Shown here piece after piece: positions 46,567-53,321 of a stretch of DNA of 64,000 nucleotides. The stretch comes from Oscillospiraceae bacterium. GTDB lineage: Bacteria; Bacillota; Clostridia; Oscillospirales; Ruminococcaceae. The translations under genes and the position numbers were made by a program. Position 1 is the first letter of the stretch; each line of letters opens with the position of its first letter. The notes under the pieces were generated by a model, which was not told the origin of the DNA, ran no database searches, and saw only the letters and a program-made list of their open reading frames with translations. The stretch is taken from positions 16,770 to 80,769 of the forward strand of contig JAGAUA010000011.1 of NCBI GenBank assembly GCA_017847885.1. The letters are read 5' to 3'.

Positions 46567-46696
46567 AAAAAATTCAAACCCGAGTTTTGTTTTCCTCGCT
46601 GCCGCAAGGAATTTTCTTAGCTGACTTTGTCAGTTTAAAACCGCAAAACATCGGAAAGGAGTGCATTTCCCCTTTGGGAAAATGGTCATAAAAATG
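46561..46696 (+). repeat. Repeated ~137-nt leader, copy 2 (between neuB-like and neuC-like genes)
   Basis: It starts on the neuB stop codon (GTTTGA) and ends at the neuC ATG. See copy 1. Confidence 0.9.
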
Positions 46697-47869
46697 AGTG
46701 ATTTGAAGATAGTTTTTCTAACAGGCACCCGTGCTGACTATGGCAAGCTGAAACCTCTTATGCTGGCATGTGAGAAAGATAAACATATTGATCTCAGTGT
46801 TTATGTTACAGGTATGCATTTATTTGAGAAATATGGAAGTACATATCACGATATCGTATCGGACGGATATTCAGATATACATATAGCCGAAGATTATGTC
46901 ATGACAGAAAATATGGATATAGATCTTGCAAATACTATTATTGGCTTTTCAAAATATATAAAGAAAATTAAACCTGATATGATAGTTGTCCACGGTGACA
47001 GGATAGAGCCTCTCGCAGGTGCTATTGTAGGGGTTCTGAATAATATCAAGGTCGTACATATAGAGGGCGGAGAAGTTACCGGTACTGCTGATGAATTTAT
47101 GAGGCACGCTATTTCAAAGCTCAGCAGTATGCATTTTGTATCCAATGATGAAGCAAAATTTCGCCTTATCCAGCTTGGTGAGCGTGAAAGTTCAATAGTT
47201 GTATTCGGTTCACCGGATATAGATATTATGCTTTCCGATAATCTGCCTGACTTGAATGATGTCAAGAAAATGTATAACATATACCATGATAAATACGCTA
47301 TTTTCAGTTATCACCCTGTTACAACTTCGGATAATCTGGAATTTGAGATCAATCAGGTTATTGAAGCTTTGAAAAAATCCGATAAAAATTACATTGTAAT
47401 TTATCCAAATAACGACACAGGTTCTGAAATAATATGCAAAGCCCTGGACAGCCTTGGTGATGACAGAAGATTTATATGCTATAAGTCGATCCCCTTTGAG
47501 AATTTCATAGTTTTGTTGAAAAACGCAGATTTTATTATCGGAAATTCAAGCGCAGGAGTTCGTGAGGCGTGTGTTTACGGAGTTCCTGCAATAGATATCG
47601 GTAAAAGACAAAACGGCAGATATAATTTGAAGATCATGAGAAATATTCAGTATGCAGATGAATGCTGTCCGGAAATTCTCAAGTGTATTTCCAATGTTGA
47701 CAATCATAGGTTTATATCATATTACTATGGCAATGGACATTCAGCAGAAATATTTTTGAAAACCATAAAAAGCAGAAATTTCAGAAAAATGGATATTCAA
47801 AAAACTTTTGTAGACTCATCAGAAACACATAAAGCAATAATAAATTATATTAATGAGGTGAGTTTTTGA
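46694..47869 (+). CDS. neuC: UDP-N-acetylglucosamine 2-epimerase (hydrolysing), NeuC type
   Basis: KIVFLTGTRADYGKLKPLM and HIEGGEVTGTADEFMRHAISKL. I chose the start at MSDLKIV. Confidence 0.85.
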   Translation: MSDLKIVFLTGTRADYGKLKPLMLACEKDKHIDLSVYVTGMHLFEKYGSTYHDIVSDGYSDIHIAEDYVMTENMDIDLANTIIGFSKYIKKIKPDMIVVHGDRIEPLAGAIVGVLNNIKVVHIEGGEVTGTADEFMRHAISKLSSMHFVSNDEAKFRLIQLGERESSIVVFGSPDIDIMLSDNLPDLNDVKKMYNIYHDKYAIFSYHPVTTSDNLEFEINQVIEALKKSDKNYIVIYPNNDTGSEIICKALDSLGDDRRFICYKSIPFENFIVLLKNADFIIGNSSAGVREACVYGVPAIDIGKRQNGRYNLKIMRNIQYADECCPEILKCISNVDNHRFISYYYGNGHSAEIFLKTIKSRNFRKMDIQKTFVDSSETHKAIINYINEVSF

Positions 47870-48714
47870 TGAATGTAATTGTTACCGGCGGTACCGGATT
47901 TCTTGGGAATGCGCTTGTATCTGAGCTGATACGCAGCGGAGATACGGTGACCGCACTCGTTCGCCCGAATTCGGTAAGACTAAGCAGAATTGAAAAAATT
48001 CCGGGAGTAAAAATTGTTGAAGCAAGGCTTGATGAAGATATCATACTACCCAAAGATAATTATGATGTTTTTTATCATCTGGCATGGGAAGGAGAAAGAG
48101 ACAATTACAACTCACAGTATAAAAATGTAAAAATGACTTTGAATTGTCTTAATGCTTCCGCAAAATATGGGTGCAAGAGGTTTATTTGTACAGGTTCACA
48201 GGCGGAATATGGTGAAACCGATCATGTCATAACCGAGGAAACACCTGTTGCTCCGACTACATCATACGGGGCTGCAAAAGCAGCTGCATATTATTTGTCA
48301 AAGGATCTGGCAAGGCATTATAATATTGAGCATATATGGGTAAGGGTATTCAGCGTTTATGGCGAAAATGACAATGCCAATACGTTGTATACACAGTTAT
48401 CCGAAGCATTGCACAACTCAAAAAAATACAGTCTTTCCACAGACGGAAAACATATGTGGAATTTTCTGCACGAAACAGATGCAGCACGCGCACTTCGTCT
48501 GCTTTATGCTCCTGATGTCAGTGAGGGAGTCTATAATTTGGCTTCAAAGTACAGCAGACCATTGTGTGAATATGTTGACCTGATGAGGCAAAGTATTGAC
48601 CCGTCTGCGGAAATATCATTCGGAAATCAAAAAAGTAAAATTAATCTAAACGCATCGACAGTCAAGCTTCGCAAAGCTGTTGGAGAGTTTGAAGAAAAGA
48701 CATTTCCAGTATAA
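47866..48714 (+). CDS. Short NAD(P)-dependent SDR epimerase/reductase (CDP-paratose/abequose-synthase-like or YerF-like)
   Basis: VTGGTGFLGNAL and YGAAK (YxxxK), 282 aa. It overlaps the neuC stop by 4 nt. Confidence 0.75.
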   Translation: MMNVIVTGGTGFLGNALVSELIRSGDTVTALVRPNSVRLSRIEKIPGVKIVEARLDEDIILPKDNYDVFYHLAWEGERDNYNSQYKNVKMTLNCLNASAKYGCKRFICTGSQAEYGETDHVITEETPVAPTTSYGAAKAAAYYLSKDLARHYNIEHIWVRVFSVYGENDNANTLYTQLSEALHNSKKYSLSTDGKHMWNFLHETDAARALRLLYAPDVSEGVYNLASKYSRPLCEYVDLMRQSIDPSAEISFGNQKSKINLNASTVKLRKAVGEFEEKTFPV

Positions 48715-48777
48715 AAAATATAAATATTTAAGCGATTAAGGAAGCACTGATTTAATCAGTACTTCCTTAACATATAC

Positions 48778-48823
48778 AAAAAATCTGCGCAAAATCTTTC
48801 ATATATAGATTTTGCGCATTTTT
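48778..48823. terminator. Bidirectional terminator between convergent genes
   Basis: A-run, then TGCGCAAAATC-11 nt-GATTTTGCGCA, then T-run. Confidence 0.65.
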
Positions 48824-48865
48824 ATATATACTTTGAGCGTAAGTCAGGAAAGCACTGATTGAATG

Positions 48866-50950
48866 TTATTTACGGTTATGCAGTTTATATTTCAAAATTC
48901 CTATTTCGGGATCAGCCGGACAAATCTTTTCAAGCTCAAGCAGCGTGCTTTCCGCAGTGGAAATATCCCCCGCGTCGATCATGCTGCGAATATTTTTCTT
49001 TACCGCAGCAGCCATTTCCGCAAGCTCTGAACGGACGCTTTTCTTCTGCACAGCCTCACTTTCGATAACCTTGCGGTACTCCGAAACAAACGGTGCAAAA
49101 TCGGGGCAAACCTTTATCAGCCTGCGCATTTCGCTGATACAGGTCTGATAATCCTTTCTTTCCCGTGCTTCGGTTATGCCGTGAACGATAATTCCCGCAC
49201 GAATATCCCCCGGGATATTTTCCTCATTGGGGAATTCGCTCTGCCATCTTGCAGCGATCTTACCGAACATTTCAAAAAGCTTTGTAATATCCTTACCAGA
49301 ATTAAGCGCTTCCACCATTGCCCAGCCGTATAAAGACGCGGCGTTCACAAGCGCGTCCGACGAAAGCATACAGATGTCATACTCATCAAGCAGGCAGGCA
49401 TACTCCGAAAAATCAGCGTATAATTCATGCACGAAGCTGCCGGCTTTAAAGTCGTCCGCCGTTAAAAAGCAGGATATATCCATGCTGCATTTTAACATCA
49501 TGCAGAGTATATCTGTATTGCCGAATGCTCCGTATTTTTTCGTAAAACTCTCGGCCTGCTCATATTGAAGAACATTGTCAATGAAGTATCCGCGATAAAT
49601 TTCAACTGCATCGTCAACGCAGGGAACATACTCCGAAAATTCCGACATGACGCTTAACAGCTCTTCGGGCTTGTCCGAAGAAAACATTTTGCCGCGAAGA
49701 ACTTGGAAAAACAGCTTTCTGTTGTTATCGTCAAGAGTGCTTACAAGCTTCTTTATGCTTTTCCAGCCGATATGCTCCATGATCTCGGCTCTGTCGCGGA
49801 AATGTACAAGCATATAATCCTTGTCGTCAAGATACTTTTCTATAGGGAATGCCTTCAAATATTCCGCGGCGGTGTTATATTTCTGCGTCATCACGCAAGA
49901 TTTAAAAAACATAAAATAAATATTTTTTAAATTTCTGTCACCTACTTTTACCGCAGAATAAAGCAGGTCATCAGTATTAAGCTTTCCGCTTTTGTAGGAT
50001 TTGTACACCTTGAAAAACTGTAGAAAATCATAAATTGCCTTATTAAACTGCTCAGTACGGAAATATGCTTCTCCGCGCATTGCATACATATTAACATCAT
50101 TTGCAAGTACCTGCGTATGGGACGGATTATCGCTTCCAAAATAATTATTGCAGGTCTCGATAACTCCAGGATAATCATTATAGCATGAAATTAAAAGGCT
50201 TGCCTTATTATTGTAATACTGAGTTATGGCAATAATGCTATGGTCAAGGTTATCCAAACCCATGTTTATGTATTTAAGTGCTTTTTCATGGTTATTAATT
50301 ATATTATAGCAGTCTGAAATTTCTCTGTAAGCGTTGAAATCAACGTCTTGATTTTCAAGGCTCTTAAACAGCATTTCAAGATTTCTTTTGCTTTTTACAT
50401 ACGCTTGTTCGGTCACTTCGCCGTTATTGCTATAAAAATATCCGTAATGATCTGCAACAGTACTAAATTTTTTAACAGGACTATGTACCGGACATAACGC
50501 CTCATGAATTGCATTTACAAAACAAACAGCAGAGTATCTATTGGTAAGCCGAAGCGCATTTGAATCTGTATATCTGCTTAAATCGACTTCATCAAAATAA
50601 GAGCGCACTATATAAGAGGCACTTCCGTATGACTTATACTCTCCCGAATTAAAAAAGCTTATTATCTCATCGCAGGACTGAAAAACTTCATCGGCGTCAA
50701 GAAACATATACCATTCTCCGACGGATTTTTCCATAGTAAAATTACGTGCAGCCGAAAAGTCGTCTATCCATTCAAAGTAATAAACCTTGTCGGTAAATTT
50801 CTTTGCTATCTCAACGGTATTATCCGTTGAACCCGTATCGGCAATAATAAGCTCGCTGTCCACCTTTTCAAGAATAGGCTTTAATGCGGTAAGGCACTTT
50901 TCAAGATACTTTTCCTCATTTTTAACTATCATTCCGATTGACAAAAGCAT
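48866..50950 (-). CDS. GT2 glycosyltransferase fused to a long TPR-like helical domain (candidate flagellin glycosyltransferase)
   Basis: LSIGMIVKNEEKYLEKCL...ADTGSTDNT...DADE. I chose the start at 50950, preceded by GGGAGGA with a 7-nt spacer. It lies directly downstream of a flagellin gene. Confidence 0.8.
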   Translation of the reverse strand: MLLSIGMIVKNEEKYLEKCLTALKPILEKVDSELIIADTGSTDNTVEIAKKFTDKVYYFEWIDDFSAARNFTMEKSVGEWYMFLDADEVFQSCDEIISFFNSGEYKSYGSASYIVRSYFDEVDLSRYTDSNALRLTNRYSAVCFVNAIHEALCPVHSPVKKFSTVADHYGYFYSNNGEVTEQAYVKSKRNLEMLFKSLENQDVDFNAYREISDCYNIINNHEKALKYINMGLDNLDHSIIAITQYYNNKASLLISCYNDYPGVIETCNNYFGSDNPSHTQVLANDVNMYAMRGEAYFRTEQFNKAIYDFLQFFKVYKSYKSGKLNTDDLLYSAVKVGDRNLKNIYFMFFKSCVMTQKYNTAAEYLKAFPIEKYLDDKDYMLVHFRDRAEIMEHIGWKSIKKLVSTLDDNNRKLFFQVLRGKMFSSDKPEELLSVMSEFSEYVPCVDDAVEIYRGYFIDNVLQYEQAESFTKKYGAFGNTDILCMMLKCSMDISCFLTADDFKAGSFVHELYADFSEYACLLDEYDICMLSSDALVNAASLYGWAMVEALNSGKDITKLFEMFGKIAARWQSEFPNEENIPGDIRAGIIVHGITEARERKDYQTCISEMRRLIKVCPDFAPFVSEYRKVIESEAVQKKSVRSELAEMAAAVKKNIRSMIDAGDISTAESTLLELEKICPADPEIGILKYKLHNRK

Positions 50951-51035
50951 ATCTATATCCTCCCAAAATAAAATCTTATAATTGATATCATTTTTAAATT
51001 TCAAATTTTTTGCCGCTTAAAAATAACATCAATTA

Positions 51036-51067
51036 AGAGAAAAGCGGCTGTCCTTGCGGACAGCCGC
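51036..51067 (-). terminator. Rho-independent terminator of flagellin A
   Basis: Minus strand GCGGCTGTCC-gcaa-GGACAGCCGC followed by UUUUCUCUU. Confidence 0.8.
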
Positions 51068-51106
51068 CCTGAAACTCGCTTTAAGCAGATTTTAAACCGT
51101 GATCTC

Positions 51107-52924
51107 TTACTGGAGGAGTGAGAGAACGCCCTGAGGCAGCTGGTTTGCCTGAGCAAGCATAGACTGAGATGCCTGGCTGAGGATCTGCTGCTTTGTGAAG
51201 TTCATCATCTCTTCTGCCATGTTTGTATCACGGATACGAGACTCAGCAGAAGTAAGGTTCTCAGTTGTAACGTTGAGGTTGTCGATCTTGTGTTCGAGAC
51301 GGTTCTGAACAGCACCGAAGGAACCTCTTACCATGGAAACCTTGTTGATAGCGTTGTCGATCTTGTCGATAGCAGCGTTAGCAGACTCCTGAGTTGTGAG
51401 AGAAAGCTTATCTGTACCGAGACCTCTTGCGGAGCAGTCGAGGTCAGCCTTAAGATCGCCAAGGCCGTTAGAAGTATACTCGAATGAGAAGTTTACGCTG
51501 TCCTTAGTTCTTGCGCCAACCTGAAGTGTGAGGTTGTCAGCATAAGTAAGGGGAGCTGAAGCTGCATTGTTGGAGTTGGATCTTGAAACGTTACCTGTCT
51601 TAGCAACTTCGATTGAAGGTGCAGCAGCTGCGTCATACTTGGACTTTTCAATACCGATCTTGTAAGAAATATTACCTACAGAAGTATCAGTATCTGTAGC
51701 AGCCTTAGCAGTAATTGTTCCAATTGTTACACTGCTTGTTTCATCCTTAATTGTAAGAACACCTGCATCTGTTGTAGTGAAAGAGAATTCAGAATTGCCG
51801 ATCTTAATTTTTGTACCAGCGGTATTACCTGTAATAGCAGTTCCATCTTTAAGGGTGAGCTTGAAATCGCCAGCCTTAGATGCTGTTTTGTTCTTATAAG
51901 CAGCATCAAACTGTGCTCCGTCAAGAAGATCCATAAGCTTGTCAATATCTTCTGTCATTTTAGCATCTGTAAGACCTGTGTCAAGTTTAACCTTAACATC
52001 AGCATCTTTAAGCTTGATCGAACCCTCTGTGAAGTTTGTGCTGTCGGAAACTGTTGCACCTGCGTTTGTGGGAGCAGAAATACCGTTTGCAGGATTGTTA
52101 AATGTAAGAGTGATCGTATCGCCATTGCCGAGCTTAGTCTGGTCAACAACTACGTTAGCAACTGTTACGGAATTGATCTCAACAGCGAAACCGCCGTTTG
52201 CAGTTTTAGCGCAAGTAATGCTACCTGTGCTTGCACCGTTTGTTGCACCGGTTGCAGACCAAGTACCATCAGCCTGGTTAAACTTAAAGGTGATGTCAAC
52301 AGAGTCAGGACCGTTTGTTGCAGGCTTACCAGCTTCTCTTGTCCACTGACCGTTAAGTACCTTCCAAGCAACGCTTGCTGTAGTACCGTTATCCCAAGCC
52401 TGAGCGTCGAGTACGTTTACATCGCCCTTGCCAAGCTTTGTAGCAGCCTTTGTGCCGTTCTCGTAGTCGAACTTGCCGTTGATAGCCTTTGTGCCGTCAG
52501 CCATCTGACCACCGTTAAGAGCAACAACACCGTTGAAGTCTGTGTCAGCGATCTGGTTGAGCTCGTCGTTCAGCTGGTTGAATTCGAGCTGGATAGCTTC
52601 ACGGTCAACGTCGTCCTGGTAAGAACCGTTAGCAGACTGAGCAGCAAGAGTCTTCATTCTCTGGAGAATGGAGTCTGTCTCTGTGAGAGCACCCTCATAT
52701 GTCTGAACCATGGAGATACCGTCCTGAGCGTTCTTTACAGCCTGTGTAAGACCGCCGATCTGAGATCTCATCTTTTCGGAAACTGCGAGACCTGCAGCGT
52801 TATCGCCTGCACGGTTGATTGCGTAACCGGAAGAAAGCTTTTCGAGAGATTTGGAAAGCTTGTTGTTGTTGATACCAAAGTATCTGTTAGCGTTTATCGC
52901 TGTTAAGTTGTGCTGTACTACCAT
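51107..52924 (-). CDS. fliC: Flagellin (paralog A, 605 aa, large Ser/Thr-rich variable middle)
   Basis: MVVQHNLTAINANR...LSSGYAINRAGDNAAGLAVSEKMR N-terminus and ...MLAQANQLPQGVLSLLQ C-terminus. Confidence 0.97.
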   Translation of the reverse strand: MVVQHNLTAINANRYFGINNNKLSKSLEKLSSGYAINRAGDNAAGLAVSEKMRSQIGGLTQAVKNAQDGISMVQTYEGALTETDSILQRMKTLAAQSANGSYQDDVDREAIQLEFNQLNDELNQIADTDFNGVVALNGGQMADGTKAINGKFDYENGTKAATKLGKGDVNVLDAQAWDNGTTASVAWKVLNGQWTREAGKPATNGPDSVDITFKFNQADGTWSATGATNGASTGSITCAKTANGGFAVEINSVTVANVVVDQTKLGNGDTITLTFNNPANGISAPTNAGATVSDSTNFTEGSIKLKDADVKVKLDTGLTDAKMTEDIDKLMDLLDGAQFDAAYKNKTASKAGDFKLTLKDGTAITGNTAGTKIKIGNSEFSFTTTDAGVLTIKDETSSVTIGTITAKAATDTDTSVGNISYKIGIEKSKYDAAAAPSIEVAKTGNVSRSNSNNAASAPLTYADNLTLQVGARTKDSVNFSFEYTSNGLGDLKADLDCSARGLGTDKLSLTTQESANAAIDKIDNAINKVSMVRGSFGAVQNRLEHKIDNLNVTTENLTSAESRIRDTNMAEEMMNFTKQQILSQASQSMLAQANQLPQGVLSLLQ

Positions 52925-52950
52925 AAATGTTACCTCCTGTAAATTTGGTT

Positions 52951-52970
52951 AATGCGAATCCGTTCGCATT
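52951..52970 (-). promoter_or_regulatory. Leader hairpin presenting GGA in the loop (candidate CsrA site) for flagellin A
   Basis: Minus strand AUGCGAA-CGGA-UUCGCAU. A second GGA lies in the SD ACAGGAGGU. Confidence 0.5.
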
Positions 52971-52995
52971 TCACTAAAGTATGCTTTAGCGAAAT
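52971..52995. repeat. 25-nt inverted-repeat box, left copy (in flagellin A leader)
   Basis: TCACTAAAGTATGCTTTAGCGAAAT. It matches the reverse complement of 53241-53265 at 24 of 25 positions. Internal dyad CTAAAG-N4-CTTTAG. Confidence 0.85.
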
Positions 52996-53151
52996 TAGCC
53001 GTTATTTTCCTAATGCGCATCTCGGAAATTCCCGATAATTTCACTAAAAATTGGGTGGAAGACCCTTTTTTTAGAAGTCGTTCCCGTAAAGAGAACATTT
53101 TCGAGGAGAATTTTCTCACTTTCGAGTCTGTTCTCCTTACTTCTGTCTAAT

Positions 53152-53178
53152 ATATCGGCAGTAATCGGGGTTACTTTA
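53152..53178 (-). promoter_or_regulatory. Sigma-28 (SigD/FliA) promoter directed toward flagellin A
   Basis: Minus strand TAAA-gtaaccccgattact(15 nt)-GCCGATAT, an exact match to the B. subtilis SigD consensus. Confidence 0.8.
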
Positions 53179-53240
53179 TAGTTTTTTTATTAATATTTAA
53201 TGAAATAATTATTAAATCAAGCATAATTTACAAAATTTAT

Positions 53241-53265
53241 ATTTCGCTAAAGCATACTTTAATGA
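53241..53265. repeat. 25-nt inverted-repeat box, right copy (in flagellin B leader)
   Basis: ATTTCGCTAAAGCATACTTTAATGA. Confidence 0.85.
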
Positions 53266-53270
53266 AAAAC

Positions 53271-53296
53271 GGCTAAGAAATGGATTTCTCATAGCC
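53271..53296 (+). promoter_or_regulatory. Leader hairpin presenting GGA in the loop (candidate CsrA site) for flagellin B
   Basis: GGCUA-AGAAA-UGGA-UUUCU-CA-UAGCC. A second GGA lies in the SD ACAGGAGGU. Confidence 0.5.
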
Positions 53297-53321
53297 AAAT
53301 AATTACAGGAGGTAACATTTT

